A program made the translations under genes and the position numbers. Of a stretch of DNA of 50,499 nucleotides, positions 21,604 to 32,462 are shown one piece after another (position 1 is the stretch's first letter; the number at the start of each line of letters is the position of its first letter). Below the pieces are notes generated by a model. It was not told the origin of the DNA. It saw nothing but the letters and a program-made list of their open reading frames with translations, and ran no database searches. The stretch comes from Cyanobacteriota bacterium. GTDB taxonomy: Bacteria; Cyanobacteriota; Cyanobacteriia; Cyanobacteriales; Nostocaceae. The stretch is from the NCBI GenBank assembly GCA_046045965.1, contig JBJOKS010000031.1, positions 1-50,499 on the forward strand, in the 5' to 3' direction.

Positions 21604-21645
21604 CCTTCCCCCTCTGCGTTCTCTGCGTCTCTGCGGTTCGTTACT

Positions 21646-22815
21646 CTAATTAAACTTCCAAATCAAAACCCGATTATTTCCAGAATCAGAAACTACCATA
21701 TTTTCACCACAAACTTTAATTCCATAACACCAATTTAAACTTTCCCTAGTTGGTAAACCAAAATTCCGATTTTCGCTTTTACTTTTAAAACTTTCTTGTC
21801 CCACAACACCATCAGCATCAGCACCCTGTAATAATAAAATAGAATCCCGTTTCTTCCATCCTAGCAAACGAGAATTAGCTGTATCTGCAACTATTAACCA
21901 ATCTCCCGCAGCATCTACGCCATAAGGCATACTTAAACTACTGCGACTAGGGAAATAAACCCCTTGATTTAATTCCACACAATTAAAGTTTTTTTGCCCT
22001 AAAACCACCGCACAAGGGGCATTATTTTCTGTTGGTATTCCTTCCCAAATCATTACTCGGTTATTACCCGCATCAGTGACAACTAAATTATGATCCCAAA
22101 TCGTTATATCATGACACCAACGCATACTAGAAGCAGTGGGAGAACCACCTCCATTTTCATTGCGAGATATCATGTCTGGTTGTCCCAAAACTATATCGGC
22201 AGGTTGTCCATTTTCTATGGGAATTTGATTCCAAATTAATAATCTTCTGTTTCCAGTATCAGCTACAAATAATTTATTTTCATAACATAAAATCCCATAA
22301 GGCCAATGTAAAGTATTAGCCGCAGGTTGTTGACTTCCCCGGTTATGTTCGTTATCAATAAAATTAACTTGTCCTAATACTAAATCTGCGGGAACATTCT
22401 TATCTTCTGGAACATTATGCCAAATTAAAATGCGATGGTTCCAAGCATCAGCAACGGCTAAACCATTACCACATTTACAAATACCTGTAGGGACACTAAA
22501 TGTAGATTTTCCTGGTGTACCTTTGGCGTTTTGTCCTTCATGAAAAAAGTCAGGTTGTCCTATTACCCAGTCAGCCGGTTGATTATCTTTTGTGGGTAAA
22601 TTTCGCCATCCTAATAACCGATGATGTCCTGTATCTGCTACCCATAATGGTCCTGTTGGTGATAATAAACAAGCTGCACGGGGTCCAAACATTGTTGATG
22701 GAGTTGGTGCGAGAGGAATAGCTATTTGTTCGGATGTGGTAGCGTTTCCTAAGATTATTTCTGCACCGTTGGGAGATAGGGGTATTTGATTTGATAATTT
22801 GGGTATTAAGGTCAT
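21646..22815 (-). CDS. NHL-repeat protein of the extended hyp operon (alr0693-like)
   Basis: Repeated VADTGNxR-LIW / ADxVLGQ blades; directly upstream of hypF. Confidence 0.9.
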   Translation of the reverse strand: MTLIPKLSNQIPLSPNGAEIILGNATTSEQIAIPLAPTPSTMFGPRAACLLSPTGPLWVADTGHHRLLGWRNLPTKDNQPADWVIGQPDFFHEGQNAKGTPGKSTFSVPTGICKCGNGLAVADAWNHRILIWHNVPEDKNVPADLVLGQVNFIDNEHNRGSQQPAANTLHWPYGILCYENKLFVADTGNRRLLIWNQIPIENGQPADIVLGQPDMISRNENGGGSPTASSMRWCHDITIWDHNLVVTDAGNNRVMIWEGIPTENNAPCAVVLGQKNFNCVELNQGVYFPSRSSLSMPYGVDAAGDWLIVADTANSRLLGWKKRDSILLLQGADADGVVGQESFKSKSENRNFGLPTRESLNWCYGIKVCGENMVVSDSGNNRVLIWKFN

Positions 22816-22943
22816 TATTTATCTCATGCAGAGACGCAGAGAGAAGGATAGGTTTTTTAGGGTTTATCTATTTAAGAATATTTGTGGGTGGAAAGATGTA
22901 GTTTTAATAGCAATTTGACTCTGCTGTAGTTATTTGAGTTAAA

Positions 22944-22974
22944 AACCTGTTTTGGGTTTATCCCATATTAGGTT
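22944..22974 (+). promoter_or_regulatory. Paired imperfect palindromes, candidate C-protein operator
   Basis: AACCT-N5-GGGTT (22944-22958) and ATCCC-N5-AGGTT (22960-22974), 50 nt upstream of the XRE gene. Confidence 0.5.
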
Positions 22975-23024
22975 TTAAAATGAAAGGCACTAAATTTGGT
23001 ATTTCCAACAAAAAATAAAATGAC

Positions 23025-23273
23025 GTGACTAAATCTGTTTATACAGAGGAATACAATCAGTTTCGCAAAATGCTGATAGCAGCACGCAAAACTACCAATC
23101 TCACTCAAGCCGAGTTGTCAATTAAGTTACAACGACCTCAATCCTATGTATCAAAATATGAACGGGGTGAATGTCGTTTAGATTTGATTGAATTTTGGGA
23201 AATTGCGGAAGTTTTAAAAATAGATACCGTGGGTTTTATTCAACAACTCAAAGACTTTAAAAAGGAGAAATAA
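23025..23273 (+). CDS. XRE-family HTH regulator, probable restriction-modification controller (C) protein
   Basis: LTQAELS..LQRPQSYVSKYERGE..LD HTH; immediately precedes a restriction endonuclease remnant. Confidence 0.85.
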   Translation: MTKSVYTEEYNQFRKMLIAARKTTNLTQAELSIKLQRPQSYVSKYERGECRLDLIEFWEIAEVLKIDTVGFIQQLKDFKKEK

Positions 23274-23275
23274 TT

Positions 23276-23482
23276 ATTCTTATTCAATACACCGATTTTA
23301 ATGGATCTGAGACTATGATTAATAGTCTTTATCATCAAGAATGGGAAGAAATTAATACAGTTCTTTCTCAAATGCCTTTACATATTAAAGCTTCTGATCA
23401 GGCTGGTATTCAAGGTAATCTCATATTTGATCCAGTAGGTACAAATGAGTATATTTAAAAAGCATTAATTGAATTTAATTGG
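23276..23482 (+). pseudogene. BglII-like type II restriction endonuclease, N-terminal remnant
   Basis: Reads ILIQYTDFNGSE...WEEINTVLSQMPLHIKASDQAGIQGNLIFDPVGTNEYI*KALIEFNW, closely like the R.BglII N-terminus as I recall it (MPLHVKASDQA...LIFDPVGTNQYIK); AAGGAG present but no ATG, TAA at 23456, truncated. Confidence 0.85.
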
Positions 23483-23744
23483 CTTTTATCCGTTCTGATA
23501 ATGGTGGTTTAACCAAATTATGATATAGCAAAACAGCATAAACAATTTCATTATCTATAGCATCACGCAAAGCTGATAAATTATCTTGTTTTAGACTTTT
23601 AATTAAACTAGTTAATGCCGCTTTATGTAAAGCTTCAATTGCACTTTTTAAACCAATAGCTACACACCTTTGGCTTTCATCCCAATCAGAAATAATAGCT
23701 TCAAATCTCTGAATATCTCCAATCAACTCATTTAAATTATCCAT
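23475..23744 (-). pseudogene. Truncated NifU-like gene of the extended hyp operon (alr0692-like, N-terminal part only)
   Basis: IEALHKAAL..LIKSLKQ...VYAVLLYHNLVKPPLSERIK stops where the NifU domain should begin; no CxxC. Confidence 0.7.
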
Positions 23745-23847
23745 AAAAATCAGCGTTTTATCTGCGTTTATCTGCGATTTATAATAATTCAATCCCCCAG
23801 ATAAATCTGTAGGGATTGATAACTTTCAGCATTGTATGTATCCAGAC

Positions 23848-24072
23848 TCATTTCATTCTAAAATCTTTAACCAGAAAAGGCATAATTACTCCTGTAACTA
23901 AACTAGCTACAGTAATAGGAATACAAAGGGGAATTGATGCCTGTGCTAATAATACTAATATGAGTGTACCTATACCACTAGCAATGGTAATTTGACGAAG
24001 GAAATATATGGGGTCACGGAAAAGGTTTCCTTTGAGAAATAATTTGACGGTAAACCAGCCAATTTCTATCAT
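23848..24072 (-). CDS. Small membrane protein of the extended hyp operon (asr0690-like)
   Basis: 74 aa, two hydrophobic segments, RBS GGAGG, hyp context. Confidence 0.75.
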   Translation of the reverse strand: MIEIGWFTVKLFLKGNLFRDPIYFLRQITIASGIGTLILVLLAQASIPLCIPITVASLVTGVIMPFLVKDFRMK

Positions 24073-24082
24073 AAATATCCTC

Positions 24083-24346
24083 CTAGTAGTTAGCGAATAA
24101 GTTAAGCATTAATAGACCTAAAATCATTACGGGAATAACTCCAACAGGGGCAAATAAACTGCCAAGAGTTGCTGCAAATTTATAGCCTATATCTTTACCA
24201 CCTAAAATCATCCCGCCAATTGCACCACCAATCATTGATAAAATTACGGCAATGACTAACCAAGTTAATGCTGTGGTAAAATTAAGGTCTGTATTCAAGC
24301 TATGCAGGAAATTTGTAAATGCTGGGTTGTGGAAAATTTCAAACAT
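24083..24346 (-). CDS. Small membrane protein of the extended hyp operon (asr0689-like)
   Basis: 87 aa, Gly-rich TM segments, RBS AGGAG, hyp context. Confidence 0.75.
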   Translation of the reverse strand: MFEIFHNPAFTNFLHSLNTDLNFTTALTWLVIAVILSMIGGAIGGMILGGKDIGYKFAATLGSLFAPVGVIPVMILGLLMLNLFANY

Positions 24347-24367
24347 GACTATTCTCCTAATTCGGTT

Positions 24368-25348
24368 TTAATTTAAGCCAAATGCTTGTATTTCTGCTGC
24401 CACATCTTGTAGTGCTTGGGCTACTACTTCCGCTTGTTCAATTTGTTGGTGTTCTGTAAATATCTGCCAAGCTTCTTGATAGTAGGATTTGGCTTTAAGC
24501 AGGTTTTGCGGATTCCCTAATTCTGGTTTTTCCGGGTTGTCAGGTAAGTTAAAAAGTACGTTGGCTTTGTTAGAAATTGTGTTAGCATATTCTAAGGGTG
24601 TGTTTTGAGGATGACGCACTTTTAAAGCTTCGTCGTAAGCAGCAACAGCCCTCAAGTTATTATCAATTGGATGGGAACTAGTTAAATATTGCAAAGCATT
24701 ACCTAAGTTGTTTTGCAACATTGCATATTCCCTGGGATGTTCAATTAAGTTAATATGCTTAAGTGCTACTTCAAAAGACTGTACTGCTAACCCTTGACGC
24801 AAATATTCCCGTTCTGATGCCATTGGCATCGAAAGGTATGCGATCGCTATATTATTATATAAAATCGCATATTCCTGTGGATAATCTTCCCATGTAAATA
24901 CCCGCAAAGCTTCATGATAAGCTTGGATACTATCAGTTATCCGCGCTAAATTGTAGGGAACTAAAGACTGTAAAACTAACCCCAAATTCATCTGCGCTTC
25001 TGCTACTTCTTCAGGTGTAGCAAATTGCTGTAAAATTGCTAAAGCTTCCTCGTAGTTGTCTTTAGCTTGTACTAATAATTGGGGGTGAGAATCGGGTATC
25101 ATTTGTAAAGTACCAGCCATTCCCACTTTTGCCCGTGCTTTCAGTAAAGGATAATCTTCAGCACACATTTGATAAGCACGATAAAATAATCCTAATCCAT
25201 TTCGCAAGTCTTGGGAATTTTGCGGCTTTTTGAGAAAACCTTGCGCCATTTCTATCAGCATTTGGATTTTTTCCTCTGCTGTTGCTGACTCATCAGAAAT
25301 GGCCTCCATAGCCGCTTTGACGGCTGAATCTGTAACACTAGAAGTCAT
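24368..25348 (-). CDS. TPR-repeat protein of the extended hyp operon (alr0691-like)
   Basis: YAxLxNNLGNA TPR-like repeats; divergent from hupS. Confidence 0.85.
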   Translation of the reverse strand: MTSSVTDSAVKAAMEAISDESATAEEKIQMLIEMAQGFLKKPQNSQDLRNGLGLFYRAYQMCAEDYPLLKARAKVGMAGTLQMIPDSHPQLLVQAKDNYEEALAILQQFATPEEVAEAQMNLGLVLQSLVPYNLARITDSIQAYHEALRVFTWEDYPQEYAILYNNIAIAYLSMPMASEREYLRQGLAVQSFEVALKHINLIEHPREYAMLQNNLGNALQYLTSSHPIDNNLRAVAAYDEALKVRHPQNTPLEYANTISNKANVLFNLPDNPEKPELGNPQNLLKAKSYYQEAWQIFTEHQQIEQAEVVAQALQDVAAEIQAFGLN

Positions 25349-25962
25349 AAATTGGCCATGATAATTGAGTCATCAACTAAGCCGATTTACGCAGTTTTTG
25401 AGTTTATACAGATTCCCCAATTTCTCATGGTTTCATCACAGATGATCAAACCAAAGCAGCCAAATTTTACGCTGGTTTCTTCATCAATAAGCCAAGAAAT
25501 AAATTTCCTAGCTAAAAGCTAAATAGAGAGTTTTTACCTAATCCATTTTTTAGTTTGCATGGAAAGATAACAACATCAATATTTCCCACTATATAACTCT
25601 CAATTGAGAAAAATCTAGCGTGAATTTACTAATATTAATTTTAGTGACAACCAATTTATAACTTGCATAATATTTTTTGTATAAGAAGTTGACAAATTAT
25701 CTTGCAGTATAGTAATATTCCCAAATATACTACGCAGTAAAAATAGTAAAAGTAAATTTTTGTTGAAAATAATCTCATAATATTTAAAAATAATTTAATA
25801 TATAAGATTATTAATTGATCAACCAGTGAGACTCTACAAGATTCCTCAGCAGTAGAAATTCAAAATTAATAATGTTGCTAATTTTTCTGCGTATCTCCTC
25901 ATCAACACGGGCGCAATAATCCCGTTTATCTCTCCACATCTACAACAGAAAAATCTTAGCCC

Positions 25963-26925
25963 ATGACTAATGTACTCTGGCTGCAAGGTGGTGCTTGTTC
26001 AGGTGACACCATGTCCTTCCTTAACGCCGAAGAACCTACAGCTTGTGATTTAATTGCTGACTTCGGTATTAAAATTCTTTGGCATCCTTCCTTGGGTGTA
26101 GAACTGGGTGCAAACGTACAAACCTTACTTTGGGAATGCGTCTTAGGTAAAATTCCCTTAGATATTTTAGTATTTGAAGGTAGCGTAGTTAACGCCCCCA
26201 ACGGTACAGGGGAATGGGATAGATTTGCAGACCGCCCCATGAAAGATTGGTTAAACGACTTATCTAAAGTTGCTAACTTTGTCGTCGCTATCGGTGACTG
26301 CGCGACCTGGGGCGGTATTCCCGCAATGTCACCCAACCCCAGCGAATCTAATGGTTTACAATTTCTTAAACGCGATCAAGGCGGCTTTTTAGGTGCAGAT
26401 TTCCTCAGTAAAGCCGGCTTACCTGTAATCAATATTCCCGGATGTCCCGCCCATCCTGACTGGATATCACAGATATTAGTCGCCATTGCTACCGGACGCA
26501 TTGGTGATATTGCCTTAGACGACCTACACCGTCCCCAAACCTTCTTTAACACCTACGCCGAAACTGGTTGTACCCGCAACATTCACTTTGCTTACAAAGC
26601 CACAACTACCGAATTTGGACAACGTAAGGGTTGTCTATTCTACGACTTGGGTTGTCGTGGACCCATGACCCATTCTTCCTGTAACCGCATCCTCTGGAAC
26701 AGGGTATCATCCAAAACCCGCGCCGGAATGCCTTGTATCGGTTGCACAGAACCAGAATTCCCCTTCCATGACCTCAAACCGGGAACAGTATTTAAAACCC
26801 AAACCATCATGGGCGCACCTAAAGAACTACCCCCTGGAGTCAAGCAAAAAGATTATGCAGTCCTCACTGTTGTTGCTAAAGATGCAGCACCCAAATGGAC
26901 AGATGAAGACTTTTTCTTGGTTTAG
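25963..26925 (+). CDS. hupS: Uptake [NiFe]-hydrogenase small subunit
   Basis: WLQGGACSG, IGDCATWGG, PGCPAHP, GCLFYDLGCRGP, PCIGCTEP; no Tat leader, as in cyanobacterial HupS. Confidence 0.98.
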   Translation: MTNVLWLQGGACSGDTMSFLNAEEPTACDLIADFGIKILWHPSLGVELGANVQTLLWECVLGKIPLDILVFEGSVVNAPNGTGEWDRFADRPMKDWLNDLSKVANFVVAIGDCATWGGIPAMSPNPSESNGLQFLKRDQGGFLGADFLSKAGLPVINIPGCPAHPDWISQILVAIATGRIGDIALDDLHRPQTFFNTYAETGCTRNIHFAYKATTTEFGQRKGCLFYDLGCRGPMTHSSCNRILWNRVSSKTRAGMPCIGCTEPEFPFHDLKPGTVFKTQTIMGAPKELPPGVKQKDYAVLTVVAKDAAPKWTDEDFFLV

Positions 26926-26955
26926 AAATTGGGGACTGGAAGAGAAATTTCTTTA

Positions 26956-26993
26956 CCTGTTCCCTGTTCCCTGTTCCCTATTCCCTATTCCCT
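26956..26993. repeat. Heptamer STRR (CCTGTTC/CCTATTC)n in the hupS-hupL spacer
   Basis: Five tandem 7-mers read directly. Confidence 0.9.
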
Positions 26994-27000
26994 CTAAATT

Positions 27001-28596
<1,596 letters not shown>

Positions 28597-28598
28597 TT

Positions 28599-28705
28599 TA
28601 CAGCAGATTTCGTTCTTATGAGGTACAAATCATCATCATGAAACTCTTGTGGGGTGGGCATCTTGCCCGCCCAAATTGTACCTCATTACACCGGAAAATG
28701 CTGTA
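28599..28705. mobile_element. TA-flanked MITE-like element carrying a REP-like hairpin
   Basis: TACAGCAGATTTC...GAAAATGCTGTA termini, inner ATGAGGTACAA/TTGTACCTCAT inverted repeat, GTGG REP in the loop. Confidence 0.7.
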
Positions 28706-28841
28706 TGTTTTGTAGGGTGGGTTTTTCCCACCTACTTAGAAAATGTTGGAAAAGTCAGATATTTTTTGTTCTTGGTTAAACATTTTCGATTATCTAAATT
28801 GATATTAATTAATCAGAAACAATTAACGAAAAATTAACGAC

Positions 28842-28884
28842 TGTAACACAAAATACAAATCATTTATTAGACAAATCGTATTAT
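28842..28884 (+). promoter_or_regulatory. Canonical NtcA-activated (class II) promoter
   Basis: TGTA-ACACAAAA-TACA (GTA 28843-45, TAC 28854-56), then exactly 22 nt and TATTAT (TAN3T) at 28879-28884. Confidence 0.7.
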
Positions 28885-28952
28885 TTTTGTGAATAAAATC
28901 CTCACAAGAGGAATTGAATTAAGTAGTATAATTTACAAGCGAATTCAAAATT

Positions 28953-30173
28953 ATGAACTCAATTATTCTACAATGGGCAATTACATTCCAATGGGAAGAA
29001 TCTGGCAAATTAAAGAATCAGCAAATTTCCAAAGGACAAGTAATAAATAATAACCATAATGGAGATATAATTATTGGACGAGACTCTCAGGTATGTGATC
29101 TGGTTATAAATAATAATAGTGTATCTGCTCAACATATTAAAATTTCTTTTAATGAACAACAACAAAAGTTTTTTATCAAAAGTTTAAATCCTCAAAATAT
29201 TTCTAATCTCAATGGACAAAATATTGATTATGGTAAAGAATTTGAATTGCTTATTAATAGTATAATTTTTTTAGGAAAGCAACGTTTACAAGTTATTGAT
29301 ATTCAAATTTACCAATTGCCATCAACAGATTATTCAGGAATATTGCCTGCAAATACTAATTTAATTACAGCCCCTCAAAGTTTAAATTTTAACCAAGTTA
29401 GCTCCATTCATAATACAAGTCATACGAAGCTTGATCCACATTTAAATAGATTCCGATTTTCTTGGAAAGAACCTACAATTATTGCAGCAATTATAGGAGG
29501 AATAGCAACACTTGTTGCTGCATTTATTAATTCATCTGGTAATATAATAGAAAAAAAAAGTGGAGGAATTCAAGTAGAAAATGCTAGTAAATACAAAGAG
29601 GAGATAGAACTTAATAAAAAAAAACAACAGCATACAGTAAAAACCAATAAAGAAAACCAGGATACTGAATACTTAAAAGTACATCAGGAAAAAATTATAA
29701 AACAGACAGATAAACCCATTGAAGAAGTTAAACAAGAAAAAGGTAATTACCCTTACCAAAAATTAAATCTAAAAAATGAGAATTGTCCTAATCCTGTCAA
29801 AGTTGCTTTTAGCTTTACTGCTTTAGATAACATATCACAAACTCAAGGCTGGTTTCTTGTTAACCCAGAATTCAAACCTATACCTCTTGATGCTGAAAAA
29901 ACATATAAAAACATATATTTATATGCTAAAACTGAATATAATGGTAATACAGTTATATGGAAACCTCAAATAACAAACCTTAGAAAAAGGTTAGTTTTGG
30001 ATAGTGACTTTAATTATACTGACGGACAAAATAACGATAAAAATAAAGATAATAAGGAAATAGTCGAATTTTACGAAGTTCAAGTCGATGACAGTAAAGA
30101 AGTAACAAATAGAGTTTTTAAATGCAGTTCTGGAAAAACTCTAGATTTAGTAAATCCTGAGGAGCAATCATAA
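28953..30173 (+). CDS. FHA-domain membrane protein with C-terminal DUF1036-like domain
   Basis: IGRD...CDLVI...VSAQH FHA motif, one TM (IIAAIIGGIATLVAAFI), C-terminal NC.NPVKVA...QGWF...IYLYA; the DUF1036 call is tentative. Confidence 0.8.
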   Translation: MNSIILQWAITFQWEESGKLKNQQISKGQVINNNHNGDIIIGRDSQVCDLVINNNSVSAQHIKISFNEQQQKFFIKSLNPQNISNLNGQNIDYGKEFELLINSIIFLGKQRLQVIDIQIYQLPSTDYSGILPANTNLITAPQSLNFNQVSSIHNTSHTKLDPHLNRFRFSWKEPTIIAAIIGGIATLVAAFINSSGNIIEKKSGGIQVENASKYKEEIELNKKKQQHTVKTNKENQDTEYLKVHQEKIIKQTDKPIEEVKQEKGNYPYQKLNLKNENCPNPVKVAFSFTALDNISQTQGWFLVNPEFKPIPLDAEKTYKNIYLYAKTEYNGNTVIWKPQITNLRKRLVLDSDFNYTDGQNNDKNKDNKEIVEFYEVQVDDSKEVTNRVFKCSSGKTLDLVNPEEQS

Positions 30174-30185
30174 TTGTAGGATAAA

Positions 30186-31616
30186 ATGGATGCTGATCAA
30201 CTTATAAATACAGTTCTCCGTCAACGCTATATAATCTTAAAAAGTTTGGGAAGCGGCGCGTTTGGTGACACCTACATCTGTGAAGATTTAGATTTACCTA
30301 CTCATCCCAAATGTGTGGTAAAACACCTGAGACCAAAAAATCCCCAACCAGAAGTTTTGATAGTTGCTAGACGACTATTTGAGAACGAAGCAGCAACCTT
30401 ATACCGTTTAGGAAAACTTAGCAACCAAATCCCTAAATTATTGGCTTACTTTGAAGAAAATGGTGAATTTTATCTAGTGCAAGAATTTATAGATGGGTAT
30501 GATTTGTCCACAGAAATAATTCCTGGTAGTCCTTGGAGTGAAAGTCAAGTTGTTAAACTATTGCAGGAAATTTTACAAGTTTTAAAAGTTGTTCATCAAC
30601 AGAATATCATCCACCGTGATATTAAACCCCAAAACTTAATGCGTCGCCGTGAAGATGGAAAGATTGTACTAATTGATTTTGGGTCAGTCAAAGAAATTAA
30701 AGGTTTGACGACTGATACTCAAGGACAAGTGACTTCCACTATCATTATTGGTTCTAACGGTTATATGCCAAATGAACAGGCTAATTCTAGGCCAAAATTA
30801 TGTAGTGATATCTATGCAGTCGGAGTTATTGGTATTCAAGCTTTGACAGGTACATTACCTCGAAATTTTCTAGAAGATCCTAACAGTGGAGAAATCATTT
30901 GGCGAAATGAGGTTAATGTAAGCAATAGACTAGCCGATATTTTAAGCAAAATGGTGGCTTACAACTTTAGCGAGCGATACCAAACAGCAGCAGAGGTTTT
31001 ACAGGTATTGCTTGCTTTGTCTCCAGTCAAATTAGAAGCGGTACACAAATGGACATGGCTATCTAATAGAAAAAATTTAGCTGGAGTAGGTATTACAGCA
31101 GGACTATTCATAACACTTATTATAACACTTGTAGCTGATTCTATTCAAAAAAATCCGGCAAATACTGTATCCACGGAAAATTTTATTCAACTACCTTGCG
31201 GTTCTCAAGTATCTGTTCCCAGTTTATCATCTACCCCAAATTACACTTTTGAAGATGGCACTAAATATTACGGTTCTTTGGATGAAAAGAATCTATTTAT
31301 TGGCAAAGGAACTATGATATTTACTGACGGTAGTAGATATGATGGTGATTTCAAAAATAGTAAGCGTCATGGTTGTGGAAAGTTTTCATATCCTGTAAAT
31401 ATCAGTTCTTATGAATACTATATTGGCCAATTTGTAAATGATAAGTTTAATGGTTTAGGAAAAATCAAGTGGAAAGATGGTAGTGAATATAGAGGTCATT
31501 TCCGAGATAGCAAATGTGATGGTAAAGGAATATTTCAGTTCCCTGATGGCTCTTTTAAGAGTGGAGTTTGGCAAAATGGAGATTTGTTAGGAAGTAATAT
31601 ATCCTGCAATCGCTAG
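30186..31616 (+). CDS. Membrane Hanks-type Ser/Thr kinase with C-terminal MORN repeats
   Basis: LGSGAFG, VVK, HRDIKPQN, DFG; TM; DGSRYDGDF / DGSEYRGHF MORN repeats. Confidence 0.93.
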   Translation: MDADQLINTVLRQRYIILKSLGSGAFGDTYICEDLDLPTHPKCVVKHLRPKNPQPEVLIVARRLFENEAATLYRLGKLSNQIPKLLAYFEENGEFYLVQEFIDGYDLSTEIIPGSPWSESQVVKLLQEILQVLKVVHQQNIIHRDIKPQNLMRRREDGKIVLIDFGSVKEIKGLTTDTQGQVTSTIIIGSNGYMPNEQANSRPKLCSDIYAVGVIGIQALTGTLPRNFLEDPNSGEIIWRNEVNVSNRLADILSKMVAYNFSERYQTAAEVLQVLLALSPVKLEAVHKWTWLSNRKNLAGVGITAGLFITLIITLVADSIQKNPANTVSTENFIQLPCGSQVSVPSLSSTPNYTFEDGTKYYGSLDEKNLFIGKGTMIFTDGSRYDGDFKNSKRHGCGKFSYPVNISSYEYYIGQFVNDKFNGLGKIKWKDGSEYRGHFRDSKCDGKGIFQFPDGSFKSGVWQNGDLLGSNISCNR

Positions 31617-31699
31617 TAAATATAAATATGGTATTTATCTATTCATAATTAATAGTAAAAGTTAGTTATTATTTGTCATAAATCAACATTTACAAAAAA

Positions 31700-32308
31700 A
31701 TGAATCAAAAATTTGCCAAACACCGGAAATTTATTTTTACTGTAGCTTCCTTAATTTTTTTCACTGTCTATTTTAGTGTTGCTATTCTCCCAAAAATGAC
31801 TGTGGGACAAATACAACCTACACCTACTCCAGAAGCAACATCTTCACCTCAACCAGAACCTACTCCAGAACCTACTCCAGAAGCAACATCTTCACCTCAA
31901 CCAGAACCTACTCCAGAAACTACTCCAGAAGCAACATCTTCACCTCAACCAGAACCTACTCCAGAAGCAACATCTTCACCTCAACCAGAACCTACTCCAG
32001 AACCTACTCCAGAAGCAACATCTTCACCTCAACCAGAACCTACTCCAGAAACTACTCCAGAACCAACATCTTCACCTCAAGAAACTACTCCAGAAACAAC
32101 ATCTTCACCTGAACCAGAACCTACTCCAAAACCAAAATCTTCACCTCAAGAAACTATTCCAGAACCAAAATCTTCACCTCAAGAAACTACTCCAGAAACA
32201 ACATCTTCACCTGAACCAGAACCTACTCCAGAACCAAAATCTTCACCTGAACCAGAACCTACTCCAGAACCAAAATCTTCACCTCAGCCAGTTAGAGGAA
32301 GAGGGTGA
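31700..32308 (+). CDS. Exported/membrane-anchored Pro-Thr-Glu-Ser repeat protein
   Basis: N-terminal hydrophobic helix, then PTPEATSSPQPE repeats, ending PVRGRG. Confidence 0.8.
   Translation: MNQKFAKHRKFIFTVASLIFFTVYFSVAILPKMTVGQIQPTPTPEATSSPQPEPTPEPTPEATSSPQPEPTPETTPEATSSPQPEPTPEATSSPQPEPTPEPTPEATSSPQPEPTPETTPEPTSSPQETTPETTSSPEPEPTPKPKSSPQETIPEPKSSPQETTPETTSSPEPEPTPEPKSSPEPEPTPEPKSSPQPVRGRG
31823..32287 (+). repeat. Intragenic tandem repeat of 36-bp and 12-bp in-frame modules
   Basis: CCTACTCCAGAA and GCAACATCTTCACCTCAACCAGAA modules with drifting variants. Confidence 0.92.
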
Positions 32309-32355
32309 AAATTACTAAATTTGTTCGTGAAATTTAGTAAATTAGCTAGTGAAAA

Positions 32356-32390
32356 AATTCAGAATTCAAACAATAACTGAGTTCTGAATT
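32356..32390. terminator. Hairpin between the repeat-protein and L,D-transpeptidase genes
   Basis: AATTCAGAATTCA ... TGAGTTCTGAATT. Confidence 0.45.
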
Positions 32391-32462
32391 CCTTATATAA
32401 AGTGAAGTTATTCTGAAGAGTGAAATAGCTTATTTGTATATTTTAGTTAATAAAATCAAAGG

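Noticed and set aside
25349..25962. NtcA or Fur site in the hupS/hyp divergent promoter
   Set aside because: No GTA-N8-TAC found by eye; TGAAAATAATCTCATAA near 25764 is Fur-box-like but not distinguishable from the AT-rich background
31823..32287. Regular repeats resembling a CRISPR array
   Set aside because: No unique spacers; units are multiples of 3 within an ORF; no cas genes in the window
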